Below, piece after piece: positions 38,980-51,640 of a stretch of 64,000 nt of DNA; position 1 is the stretch's first letter, and each line of letters begins with the position of its first letter. Where the stretch lies: the NCBI GenBank assembly GCA_013239625.1, contig MU053876.1:237394-301393 (forward strand). Direction: 5' to 3'. This stretch comes from Lama guanicoe. Taxonomy: Eukaryota. The notes under the pieces were generated by a model. The model worked only from the letters and a program-made list of their open reading frames with translations, was not told the DNA's origin and ran no database searches. The position numbers were made by a program, and so were the translations under genes.

Positions 38980-39056
38980 TTTTAAAAACCATGTCTCAGT
39001 AAGAAACAATTCACAACTCCATAGATTTATCACAGAAACATATTCATCACAATCCT
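38980..39056 (-). other. CMC1: Candidate 77-nt frame-shifting cassette exon of CMC1
   Basis: Acceptor tttttcgttgttaaAG, donor AAA|gtaagt; open in the CMC1 phase-1 frame (DCDEYVSVINLWSCELFLTETWFLK). Confidence 0.35.
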
Positions 39057-39671
39057 CTTTAACAACGAAAAACTATTTGCAAGCAAGCTAAAGCTTTTCT
39101 ATCTGTTTTTCTCTCAGCCGTGACTGAAATATTTATATTCCTTAACATTCCAACAAACTCCAGTGACACTTCAGTTCTGGATTTCCCCTTAACAGTAGTT
39201 ATAAAACCTAAAATTATTTTTAATTGGCTCCTAAAGTAAGACCTCAAACTTTGCTAATAGACATTTAACAATGTTACATTTACAGGGATGAGGAAGAACA
39301 GGATAAATCAATGTAAAGATGAGTAGTTTACTATGTTCTCAAGAACAGGATTTCCATCTGTTTCTACCACAAGATGGAGATAAAGTAGACATATTTACAT
39401 ATTTCAAAAATACATCATTTTTATTACAGCATTTGATTATCATTAGCTTGTGATCAGAAATATTCACTGCTGTCTAAGATAAACTGAAAGGTAAAACTAT
39501 TTCATATGGGATCAGTTTCAAGTAGTTTTTTCCAACATTCTTTTGATAAAAGAGAAGAAAATATAAAGACATATAATGTTTACACGTGTCAATTCATTTT
39601 ACGCAGGGAACTACCAGTATTAAGATGTTTGTTAAAAAAAACACTGACAAAGATGATTTGTATGTATACAC

Positions 39672-39842
39672 CTGCTGTCCCATAAATATCTCTGCAGTGG
39701 AGGGGACGACCAACCCCTGCGTTACCCAGTGAGGTGGTCACAGGCCCCCGGCGGTTACTGAGCATCTGAAAGGTGGGCAGTGCCACTGAGAGAAATGACG
39801 TAGCTCATGTGACTAGTGTGACTATTAAACTGGACAGCACAG
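39672..39842. mobile_element. MER3-like hAT MITE
   Basis: Terminal inverted repeats ctgctgtcc ... ggacagcacag. Confidence 0.6.
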
Positions 39843-40340
39843 ATCCATATCACAGCCAATTTAGTATTTTAATATATATGTCAAAATTCAGTGAGTCTTC
39901 AGGTATGAAAATAGTTAATAGATAAAAGCTGAACTTTAAAACTAAAATAATTACAAATTAATGACAAAAATAGGTTCTGAAAATTAATAATCTACATTTT
40001 TCCATAACCATGAGAAAAAAAATAGAAAAGCTCACTACAGCTACAGAGGTGAAAAAAACATACATTAAAAGGAGTAAAGTTAAATTGCACCCTTTAAAGG
40101 GAAGCAAAGGGCGTTATTAAAATATACACACACACCATACACACTGATCCTTTACAAATCAATCAATAACTATGTGAATTTTTAAATTTGATATAGAAAT
40201 GTTTAAAATATATGCAAGATATGCAAATATGCAAAACACTTAAGTATCTACATATAAAATAAACTCCCTATTTACCATTTACTCAAGTCCAAGTTCAGTT
40301 GACATTTTCAATAATGGAAAAAAAAATTGCTCCCACTTAC

Positions 40341-40490
40341 TAAACAGTAAAGAGCCTAACTCTACAATTACAAAGTACAGCACTTCATGCCAGAAGCAGA
40401 CGCCAAAGAGAACGGCTGGACCGCAAGCAATGCAAAGCTGGGTACGACTTAGGCGAGAGAGCCAGTCCGCAAAGATGCCACTCAAAGGTG
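40341..40490 (-). other. CMC1: Candidate 150-nt in-frame cassette exon of CMC1
   Basis: Strong acceptor ctcttttcctttggtttcAG, donor TTA|gtaagt; phase 1-1 with no stop; hydrophobic peptide. Confidence 0.5.
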
Positions 40491-40925
40491 CTGAAACCAA
40501 AGGAAAAGAGCTTCATCGTCACATCCTGACAGCATAAAGATCCACGATCTAACCGCCTCACCGCGGTCCAGGAGAGGGAAGGCGGCTGACCTAACGGTGC
40601 GGTGAAAGTGACACTGAGGTGCCGGAAGAGCATCGAAAAGAATTCGCGGAGTGATCACCAAGTAACTCTTGAAAATATGTCAATGGTTGGATTGTTTTGG
40701 TACACATGCTCTGACTGTAAAAACAAACAAAAAACCAAAAAGGATGCTTAATTAAACTGTCTGTAGGTTACAGAATTGGGACCTTCTCATTTGAAATACC
40801 GAAATCAGCTCACTTTGACTGGTCACACTAACAGAAAATGAAAAGTGGAGCTGGATTCAGCCGATGGACGCCTCCCGCCAAGATCTCGTTAACGTTACCT
40901 CGACATGTGCTGTGTTTAAACTGAA

Positions 40926-40939
40926 CCCCTAGAGGGCAA
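40926..40939 (+). promoter_or_regulatory. CTCF-like motif CCCCTAGAGGGCAA
   Basis: Close match to the CCASYAGRKGGCRS core; motif match only. Confidence 0.4.
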
Positions 40940-41548
40940 CTCAGCTTCAATTTTTACTTCATAATATACTTCAGTTCCTAGCCCGTTTATAGATGCCATG
41001 ACCTATTTCCTTACAGCATGGAACTAAAGGGAAATGGAAAGAAGAAAACTGCGATATTCCACCCACTGTATTCTTGAACAGTGATAATTTAAAGACGAAG
41101 AATATGGTGTATTCTTATTAGGCAGATGCCCGAATAACACACAGCATAAATGGATATTTGAATATTAACACGCTCAGCTGGAACCACGTAGCAGATAGGA
41201 AAGCCATACTTAACAAGTCTATTTAATATAAATGCTTTGCATAACTTTACATTCATTAAATGGCACGTTAAAATGTATAGAAAAAAAAAAAAACAGTGAG
41301 GAATCCAATCTCAATAACAATTAACCCTATAAGCTACTCAGTATTACCCACTACAGGAAAACAAAGGTTCCTTCAAGGTCAAAAACAAGAAGCAGTTTCC
41401 TGACTGCCCAACTAAGCCAACCCTGCATTATGAGGAGGAAGTGGGGATATTCAAATAGGCCCGCTCAAAACACAGATGCAGCAAGAGAGTTACAGTGTCC
41501 TTGTGAAAAGAATGCCAGCTGTCAAGGTAACTCAACATTAGGAGATCT

Positions 41549-41900
41549 GGGGGGAAGGCACAGCTCAGTGGTAGGATGCGTGCTTAGCACGCACGAGGTC
41601 GTGGATTCAATCCCCAGTAAAAAAATTAGGCAAAAATTTTAAATAAATAAATAAATTCACTGAATTACCTCCAACTAAAATAAGAAAAAAAAATTTAAAA
41701 CAAAAACAATAGCAGGGGGTGGCTATAGCTCAGTGGCAGAGTACATGCTTAGCATGCACGAAGTCCTGGGTTCAATCCCCAGGACCTCCATCAGAAAAAC
41801 TTTTTTTTAATAAATAGATAAATAAACTTAATTACCTCCCCCCACTAAAAAAAGAAAAAAAATTAAACACAAGCAAACAAAACAAAACGAAAAAACAATA
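41549..41900 (+). mobile_element. Two adjacent vic-1-type SINEs (41549-41700 and 41715-41890)
   Basis: Two tRNA-like heads (agctcagtgg...ttcaatcccc). The second is flanked by the TSD aaaaacaatag(c/t)ag. Confidence 0.9.
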
Positions 41901-42851
41901 GTAGATTTGATTCAGCCTGTTTTTAGTGAAACTCAGAAACTGGGCATATACAAGTCTAAGATGTGTATGTGACCAGAGTAATTTTACCTGGGCAACATAC
42001 AGGATGACAACAACTTAATAACTTGTTAAGTCAAGTGTGTGTGTTAAGTCAAGTGTGTTTTTTTAAATCCAAGTTAAGATTTTTAAAGGCTCAACTCTCG
42101 TACTTGTATATATACTCTATGATACGTTCTCGCAGTTTTGGGGTGTGAAGTGTCACCTTGCCAGGCCCTCCCCCGCAGCGGGGCCAGTCCCCGCCAGAAC
42201 CACCAGTGTGGTGAGGACAGAGGACACAGCACAAGCTGGATAAAGGCCTTGTCTCCACGCGTAGCAACAACTGTCCTCACGAAAGCTGTAAACTAATTAC
42301 TCAGAGGACACCCCGGGGACTCAGGGATCTAAAATGATCACAAGTCAATCTCTGCTCATTTCGATTAGATTCTACACTTTAAATCTGAAGAACCAAAGAA
42401 CGTGCTGCTGCAACACAGACAAGAGGCAACTGAGGAGGGTGAAGCCACGAGGTTAGCAATTTTCACAACAGAAAAGAGGGGAAGGGGGTGGCCATGTAAC
42501 TTACAGGGTAAAAGGGGTCAGGGTTGAAGACCGCAAGAATATACCTGAGTTTACCACTCCCTAAGAAGAGTGTGCTAGGAATCTTAAGAACTTGAAGGCT
42601 GGCCTGGATAACTTGGGCTCAACCTCCATGATGCATTAAGGGAAACAGAAATAGAAAACACACATACAACAACCAGGAATGCCTACAGTAACAGAAAACA
42701 ACCAAACACAGTTAATGTGAAAAAGAGTGTTCCAGGTGGTGGAGCACGCAACAGCCAAATGCACAAAACGAGCTGAGGACAGGAGTAAAATCCACGCGGC
42801 CCAGCGCTGTGTGCTGCCTCAAGGGGCTCTCCTGTGTCTTTGGCTAAGCCC

Positions 42852-42998
42852 TTGTTTCTCAACCTTGGCTGCACACTGAGATCACCTTGGGGGAAAAATG
42901 TACCAACACCTCTCTTTGTGGAGAGAAGCCTGTGCACCAGTAATTTTTAAAAAGATTCCCAGATAATTCTGGTGTACAGCAAGGGTGGAGGAGCACTG
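42852..42998. mobile_element. MER5A-like hAT MITE
   Basis: tttctcaaccttggctgcacactgagatcacct...ccccagataattctggtgtacagc...agcactg. Confidence 0.7.
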
Positions 42999-44890
42999 AT
43001 CTCACCTGCATGAGACACGGCATCAAATGCTCTTCCATCAGAAGGCCAGGATATGTAACAATATGGCGATCTGAACTTCATCCTCTGAACAGCCTCGACC
43101 AGGGAAAATGTAGAAGGAAAAAACACAGAAGAAACTGCATGACGCCTTTATCACCAAGGCACTGGTCCTCCCTGATAATCACACGGTACTAACGAAACAA
43201 GACTTCCTTCATAAACTCAACCATATATATGTAAGTGGACCAGATGGTCTCCTGATGCCAAAATAAGCGGTAAACAAACAGTTCAGATTTTTCACACTAG
43301 TATATCACAAGTATGGCTAGTAAAACCTTCAAAATGGTCCGAAATTCAATTTTTCAAAAATTTAAGTTTTATGACTTTGGCATAAGATACATTCTACGGG
43401 AGATAACACCAGGCAAAGAACAGGATGCAGCATATCTTAGGTTTAGGTTTGCACCCTGTACTGACACAATCTAGGAATTCAGTGACTGTCCAGCTCCCTG
43501 TAAAGTGGAGTTTCAAATTTCCAAACGTGCTCTTGACTCTCTAGGACAGGCCTAGTTCAGTTTGCATGGTGAGTAATGAGCAAAGGAAGCAAGGGCTGGA
43601 ACTGCTTTAATCTGCACTGGGCTGGAACAGAATCGCTCCCACTGATGCAACAAAGGCGTCTTCCATCGCAATAAAGGGCCACTGTCTGTCTAGAAAGCTC
43701 AGCCAGAATGGAAATGAAATCAGCAGAGCTCAAGGATCCACTGGGCTTAGGATGGGCGGATGGTGGGGAGGGGGTTATCTGGCCATTCTCAGACCAAAGG
43801 TTTTTCTTTAGCTTTGGGGACTTCATATAAAATGTCAAATTGAAAAATCTGGCAAATGGGATGAATCAATTTCTCTAGAAAAGAATGAATGACAGATGCC
43901 GGAGGGCACCTGTGAGAAGGAACACAGACGGTCACAGGAGCCTGCAAAAGCCCTGACCTGCAGGAGCGCCCACCCTCACACGGTGCCAATGCCGGGTCAT
44001 GCCACAGCAGTCTGAGACTGCTGTCCCTTTGGCTCTGCCACACACGCGCCACTGTCTGTCACCTTCATGAACAAAGGCTTCCACTTTTAAGACAATGAAG
44101 AAAGCCAAAACTGAGAGAGGAAAGTTGTCAACATGTCTCGTGTTCTGCTGCAGAATCAGTCTCCATTCAATTCTGCTGGTATGAAGTCTGTTCCTGGGAA
44201 GGGGGGACAGGATGTGGGGGAGAGAGGGAAGGAGGGGAAAGGAAAGACTTCGGACACTTCTGATTTCTTACTGGAAAAACAAGCCTCAACTTCTCTCTCA
44301 AGTTTTTAAGGCACTACAGAGTCAGACCTGACTCCCAGTCTTTGTCACACCCCCCAAGTGCTGTCCTGGTCTCCTAAGGGCAGTCTCCTTCCTGCTGCAC
44401 AGACAAACCACGCGGCGCTCACTTCAGTGCCTTCGTCCTGAGTCTCTGGTTGGAGAGGCTTTTCCGGCTCCCCTCCACCCTCCCGCCCCCAGCCACGGGC
44501 CAGGTCACATCTGACTAGATCAGAACTCACCGGCTTTTCTTTTTCCTAAACTAACGGTATTTTATTATAACTTGTTTTATGTGGTGTTACGCTATTTTAT
44601 GTGTGCCTGGTCTGGCTCTCAACCACACAGTAGGTTCCAGAAAGCCCAGTCTCATACGTCTGCTCTGCCCTCTGAAGCACTCCTGGCAATGCTGAACGTG
44701 TGACAGGCATTCAGTAAATACTTAATAAGACTGCAATTTAAATTAATTCTTTAAATTAAAAGCAGTATTATTTTTAAAAGTTTAAAAAATCTCTGAAGAA
44801 GCAAATGTCTGGTTATCTACTCAATCTTCCTTACTTCAATCCAATAAAAAATAGTTGACAAATGAAAAAAAAAAACCTAGAAAGCTCGGT

Positions 44891-45028
44891 GGGAGGAGGG
44901 TGTAGCTCAGTGGTAGAGCACGTGCTTAGCAGCCATGAGGTCCTGGGTTCAAGCCCCAGTGACCCTATTTAAATAGATAGATAAACCTAATTCCCTCCCT
45001 CCAAAAAAAAAAAAAAAAGAAAAAAAAA
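44891..45028 (+). mobile_element. vic-1-type SINE
   Basis: gagggtgtagctcagtggtagagcacgtgcttagc...gtcctgggttcaagcccc plus a long A tail. Confidence 0.9.
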
Positions 45029-45105
45029 GAGCTTATGAAGTTACTTGAAAAAGAGTTAAATTGGTAAGCACGTTTGTATTTTTTTTAATTTAATTTCATT
45101 TAAAC

Positions 45106-45415
45106 TAGGGATCAGGAAGGTTTTCCAGTAAAGAGTCATTTGGTAAATATTTTGGGCTTTGTGTGCTGCAACCCCTCAAAGCTACTACAGGAGTGTGGAA
45201 GCAGCCAGAGGGAACACGAAAGGAACAGGTGTGGCCAAGGAGACACAGAGACAAGGGGGGAGGGTGTAGCTCAGGTGGTGGAGCACATGCTTGGCATCCC
45301 TCAGGTCCCAGGTTCAATCCCCAGCACCTCCTCTAAAAATAATACATAAGTAAATGAAACACAGAGACAAGCGGAGGGCCAGATTTGACCACTGGAGACG
45401 GACGGCCAAGCCCAG
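45106..45415. mobile_element. MER58A-like MITE interrupted by a vic-1 SINE (45255-45356)
   Basis: gtaaagagtcatttggtaaatattttgggctttg...gggccagatttgacc. The SINE is flanked on both sides by the TSD acacagagacaag. Confidence 0.8.
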
Positions 45416-45859
45416 AATGAAAATATATCATGACTGGCTTCTCAAGTTGATAATGCATCATGGTGATAGCAAATGTGTGCGATTATTTCCAATACCATAA
45501 TTTCTATAACCAGTCAGATTCTGCTGACATCTAAGTCCTGGACAATATTTTATATCACATACAATGCTGTGCTGAACATCCTAATGCATATGTCACCGCC
45601 CATCTCTGGTCATTTCCTTAAGACACATCCTTACCAGAACCGCGAGGTCAGAGGAGCACGACTTAGGAAGTTCTGTTAATGTTCTAAAATCCTCGCAAAC
45701 TCCTTTCACGACATTGTGCTGACCTGCACTCCTGGCCAGCAATGGAAATACCTGCTTCTCCAAAGCCTCCTCAACACTATACATCAGACATATTTTCCTG
45801 CTGGCAAATACTGCATTAGGCACATGATCAGAGTTCAGTATTTGCTTACGTTTTCTTAT

Positions 45860-46330
45860 TAGATGACATTCATATACAATGAGATAAACAAAATTTAAAT
45901 ACAGTACTCAATAAAAGTATACACCCGTGCAACACAAGTCAACAAAATACAGAACATTAAAATCACTCCAGAAAGTTCCTCTCGTGTCCCTTTCAATCAA
46001 GACCTGTCCCACTATGACCCCAAAGCTACAACCATCGTTTGGATTAGTCTATGAATGTTGCCTGTTCAAAACATAGTATTTGTTAAAAATATGACATTTA
46101 CATTTCGCTCAGAATGATAGTTTTTTGAGATTCACCTCTGTTACTGTGGATAACACTGGTTTATTCATTTCACTGCTGAGCAGTATTCCGTTGTGTAAGC
46201 ATATACTGCAATCCACCCCTTCTCCTTTCCAGAGGTACCTGAGCTACTTGCAGATTTTGGCTATTATGAAACAGCTTCTATAAGTAGTAAGGCACAAAAG
46301 TGAAACATGTTTCATTTCTTCTGGGTGAAG
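45860..46330 (-). mobile_element. Old L1M 3' UTR fragment
   Basis: cagaacatt...cactccagaaagttcc...ttcattttcactgctgagcagtattcc...ttttggctattatgaa. Confidence 0.65.
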
Positions 46331-46494
46331 ATGCGGGGTCAGTAGCAGGTGTACATTTAGTGAACACTGTCAGTGTGTTAACTGTAACCATTCTGGTAGG
46401 TAGGCAGTTTCAATTACATAAAGGTTATCAGCCTCATGGTCTTTCCTACAGATCCCTGAGATTCTGTTTACCTTTTTTTTAACTAAAAAAAAAA

Positions 46495-49400
46495 TTGTAA
46501 TTGTAGTATAGTTGATTCACAATGTTGTGTTAGCTTATGATGTACAGCATAGTGATTCACTTATACATATATATTCTTTTTCATATTCTTTTTCATTACA
46601 GGTTATTATAAGATATTGAATATAGTTCCTTGATATTGAATATAAGACCTTGCTGTTTATCTATTTTATATATTGTACTGTATATCTGCTAGTCCCAAAC
46701 TCCTAATTAATCCTCCCCCTACTTTCCCCTTTGGGAACCATAGTTTGTTTTTCATGTTTGTGAGTTTGTTTTATAAATAAGTTCATTTGTATCATTTTTG
46801 GGGTTCCACATATAAGTGATACCATACGCTGTTTCTCTTTCTGAAGCCCTTCACTTAGAATGATAATCTAAAGGTCCACTGATGTTGCTACAAATGGCAT
46901 TATTTCCTTCCTTTTTATGGCTGAGTAGTATTCCGCTGCAGATACATATACCACAACTTCTTTATCCAATCACCTGTCAATGGACATTTAGGTTGTTTCC
47001 ACATCTTGGCTATTGTAAACAGCGCTGCTATGAACACTGAGGTGCACGTGTCTTTTCAAATTAGAGTTCCTTCTGGATATATGCCCAGGAGTGGGATTGC
47101 TGGATCACAGGCTAAGTCCATTTTTCATTTTTTAAGGAATCTCCATACTGTTTTCCACAGTGGCTGCACCAAATTACATTCCCACCAGCAGTGCAGGAAG
47201 GTTCCCTTTCCTCCACACCCTCTCCAGTATTTGTCATTTGTGGCCTTTTGAATGATGGCCATTCTGGCTGGTGTGAAGTGATACCTCATTGTAGTTTTGA
47301 TCTGCATTTCTCTGATAATTAGCCATACTGAGCATTTTATTCATGAACATATTGGCCTTCTGTATAAGGTTTTCATTGGAGAAATGTCTGTTTAGGTCTT
47401 CTACTCACTTTTTGATTGGGTTGGTTGTTGTTGTTATTGAGTTGTATGAGCTATTTACATATTCTGGAAATTAAGTCCTTGTCAGTTGCACTGCTTACAA
47501 ATAATTTCTCCTGGTCAGTAGGCTGTCTTTTGTTTATGGTTTCCTTTGCTGCTCAAAAGCTTGTAAGTTTGTTTAGGTCCCACTTGTTTATTTTTGCTTT
47601 TATTTCTATTGCCTGCGTAGACTGACCTAGGACAACATTGTCTGAGAATATTTTGCCTATGTTTTCTTCTAGGAGATTTATAGTGTCTTGTCATGTTTAA
47701 GTCTTTAAGCCATTTGAGTTTATTTTTGTGTATGGTGTGAGGGAGTGCTCTAATTTTATTGATGTGCATGCTGCTGTCCAGCTTTCCCAGCACCACTTCC
47801 TGAATGTCTTTTCTCCATTGTATATTCTTGCCTCCTTTGTCAAAGTGTAATTGACCATAAGTCTCTGGGTTTATTTCTGGGTTCTCTATTCTGTTCCATT
47901 GATCCATTTGTCTGTTTCTGAGCCAGTACCACATTGATTTGATTTCTGTAGCTCTGTAGTATTCTCTGAAGTCTGGGAGGGTTATGCCTCCAGTTTCATT
48001 CTTTTTCTTCCATACTGCTTTGGCAATTCTGGGTCTTTTGTGAGTCTATATAAATTTTAGGATTATTTGTTCTAGTTCTGTGAGAAATGTCCTGAGTAAT
48101 TAGACTGTGATCACATTAAATCTATAGGTTGCTTTGGATAATATGGCCATTTTAACAATATTAATTCTTCCAATCCAAGAGTACGGGGTATCTTTCCATT
48201 TCTTTAAATCATCTTCAATTTCCGTTATCAATGTTTTATAGTTCTCAGCATGTAAGTCTTCCACTACCTTGGTGAGGTGTATTCCTAATTATTTTTTTGG
48301 ATGCAATTTTAAAAGGTTTCTTTTTTCACTTTTCTGATATTTCATTGTCAGTGTAAAGAGACGCAAAAAAGATTTCTGTATGTTAATCTTGTGTCTGTGA
48401 TGTTGCGAATTTTTTTAACCACTCCAGTAGTTTTTTTGTGGAGTCTTTATTATAGGGTTTCTTATATATGGTATCATGTCATCTGCATATAGTGACAATT
48501 TTACCTCATGTCTTTCAATTTAGATCACTATTATTTCTTTTTCTTGTCTGACTGCTGTAGCTAGAACTTCCAATACTATGATGAATAGAAGTGGCGAGTG
48601 TGGGCGTCCTTGTCTTGTTCCAGATTTTACCAGGAAGGCTTTCTGCTTTTAAAAGCTAAGCATTATATTGGCTGTGGCATTATGTGCATCATAAACAGCT
48701 TTTATTATGTTGAGATGTGTTCCCTCTGTACCGACTTTGGTAAGAGTTTTTATCATGAATGGATGCTGAATTTTATCAAATGTTTTTTTTTCTGCATCTC
48801 CTGAAATAATCATGCAGTTTCTGTCCTTTCTTTTGTTGATGTGGTATATCACAATGATTGATTTACGAATGCTGAACCACACTGATGACCCTGGGATGAA
48901 TCCAACTTGATCATAGTACATGATGTTTTGTATATGTTGATGGATTCAGTTTGTTAATGTTCTGTTGGTAACTTTTGCAGCTGTATTCATCAAAGATAGT
49001 AAGATAGCTGACAACCTTCTATTTCTTCCCAACTGTTGTTGATCTGTTAGAAAAATAAATATTTTTAACATTAAAAAACAAAAAGCCTGTAATTTTCTGT
49101 TTTGGTAATGTCTGTCTGGTTTTGGTATCAGGATGATGGTGGCTTCATAGAATGACTTTGGGAGTATTCCCTCCTCTTTAATCTTTTGGAATAGTTTGAG
49201 AAGGATTAATACAAATTCCTCTTTGTTTGGTAAAATTCCCCAGCGAAGCTATCTGGTCTTAGACTTTTGTTTGCAGGGAGTTTCTGTTTTTGTTTTTGTT
49301 TTAAATTATAAATTCTATTTCATTTCTACTGATCAATATGTTCAAATTATCTATTTCTTCTTGATTCAGTCTTGGCCAACTGTATGTTTCTAGATACTTG

Positions 49401-51640
49401 CCCATTTCTTCTAGGTTGTCCAATTTGTTGCCATACAGTTTTTCATAGTATTCTCCTATGGTTTTTTTGTATTTCTGTGGTATCACTTGTAACTTCTCCT
49501 CTTCCATTTCTTATTTTGTTTACCTGGGTCCTATTCCTTTTTTTCTTGGTGAGCCTTGACAGAGGTTTTTAGATTTTGCTTACTATTTCAAAAAACCAGC
49601 TCTTGGTTTTATTTATTTTTTTAATCATTTAAAAATATATATATATTTATTTCCTCTCTGATCTTTATTTCTTCCCTTCTGCTAACTTTAGGTTTTGTTT
49701 GTTCTTCTTTTTCTAATTCTTTTAGGTGGTAGGTTAGGTTTTTTTATTTGAGATTTTTCTTGTTTTTTGAAGAAGGCCTGTATAGCTATGAACTTCCCTC
49801 TTAGCACTACTTTTGCTGCATCTCATAGATCTTCTGTGGTTGTGTTTGGCCTAAGATATTTTTAAATTTCCTCTTTAATTATGTCATTGACCTACTGGTT
49901 TTTATTCTTGTTTTACCTTTCCCCTATGGTTGATGTCTAGCTTCATGCCACTATGGCCAGAAAAGATGCTAGAAATAATTTTTATTCTCTTAAATTTGTT
50001 GATGCTTGTTTTGTGCCATAATATGCAGTCTATCCTAGGCAGTGCTCCAGGCACACTTGAAAAGAGTCTATGTTCTAATTTTCTTGGATGTAATGTTCTG
50101 AAAATATCAATTAAGTCTAAGTGTTCTTTGTATAATTTAGGAACTTCATTGCTGTACTGATTTTGTCTGAAAAATCCACTCACTGATGTTAGTGGAGTGT
50201 TAAAGTCTTCTACTATAGTTGTGTTTCTATCAAATTCTCCCCTTATATCTGTTAGTATTTGTTTTATGTATTTAGGTGCTCCTATATGGGGTGCATATAT
50301 GTTAACAAGTGTAATACCCTCTTCTCATATTGATGTTTATTATAGTGTCATTCTTTATCTTTCTTTATGGCCTTTGTTTTAAAGTCTATTTTGTCTGATA
50401 CGAGTATTGCTACTCTCACTTTCTTGTCATTTCCATTTGCATGAAGTATCTTTTTCCATCCTCTCATTTTTAATCTATGTGTGTCCTTTCACCCACCCTA
50501 AAGTAGGTCTCTTGTAGGTGGCATATTATAGGCTCTTGTTTTATTATCTAATCTGCTGCTCTAGGTCTTTTGATTGGAGTGTTTAGTCCACTGACACTTA
50601 TGGTAATTATTGATAAATGTGTGTTTATTGCCATTTTAAACCTTGTTTTCCAGTTTATTTTGTATTTCTTCTTTGTTCTTTCCTTTTTCTTTTTCCTTTT
50701 TCCTTTTGTAGCTAGATGATTTTCTTTCATATTAAGCTTGAGTTCTCTTCTTTTCAGTTTTTGTGAATCTATTTTGTTTTTGATTTGTGGTTACCCTGTT
50801 TTTCAAGTATGTTAACCCACTGCTATATCTACTTGCTTTAGAGTGGTAGTGATATAGGCTCAAACAAATTTAAGGAAAAAAATCTACATTTTCTTACTCC
50901 CCTCCTCCACATTTTATGATTCTGATGTCCTCTTTTACATCTTCATGTTTATTCTTTTGCTGTTCATTGTAGTTATCATCATATTTCCAATTGTGATTTT
51001 CTCTTTCTTGATGCTTATTTAGAGAAGACCTTTCAGTGTTTCTTTTTGGCTAGGTTAAGTATTGCTATACTCTTTTAGTTTTTGTTTGTCTGTCTGAGAA
51101 ATTCTTATCTCTCTTTCTATTCTAAATGATAATCTTCCTGGGTAGTGGCTCCTAGGTTGCAGGTTTTTCCCCTTCAGGATGGAATGCATCTTGCCACTTC
51201 CTTCTGGCCTGCAAAGTTTCTGTAGAGGAATCAGCTGACAGCCTTCTTGGGATTCCCTTGTAACTAACTCTTTGTTTTTCTCTTGTTGCCTTTAGAATCC
51301 TCTCTTTAACTTTTGTCATTTTAATTATAATGTGTCTTGGTGTAGGTCTGTTTGGGTTCTTCTTGTTTGGGACCCTCTGTCTTTCCTGTACTTGGATATC
51401 TGTTCCGTTCTTCAGGTTTGGAAAGTTTTCAGCCATTATTTCTTCAAATACATTTTTGATCCCTTTTCTCTCTCTTCTCCTTTTGGGACCCCTACTATGT
51501 GTAGACTGGCATGCTTTATATAATCGCATTAATCCCATAGGTCCCTTATATTGGTTTCATTTTTTTTCATTTGTCTTTCTGTCTGCTTTTCTGATTCTAT
51601 TCATCTTTGTTAAGCTTTTTTTCTCTTTTCTTTAGATTTC
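46495..51640 (-). mobile_element. Decayed ~5.1 kb L1 (ORF1 C-terminus, ORF2 EN/RT/C-terminus, 3' UTR), sense to CMC1
   Basis: ORF-track fragments: FEEIMAENFPNL/RPTPRHIIIKM (ORF1), GLNTPIKR and DLIDIFRTLHP (endonuclease), [25 protein letters not shown] (RT), WYW..NRQMDQWNRIE and [14 protein letters not shown] (ORF2 C-terminus). Many stops, frameshifts and internal deletions. Confidence 0.95.

Noticed and set aside
42024..42058. Short direct duplications (also ~2143, ~8566, ~56302)
   Set aside because: Two-copy 12-16 bp slippage events without spacers; not CRISPR-like and unremarkable.
47006..51635. ORFs with reverse-transcriptase and endonuclease motifs
   Set aside because: Fragments of a dead L1, not a novel RT system.
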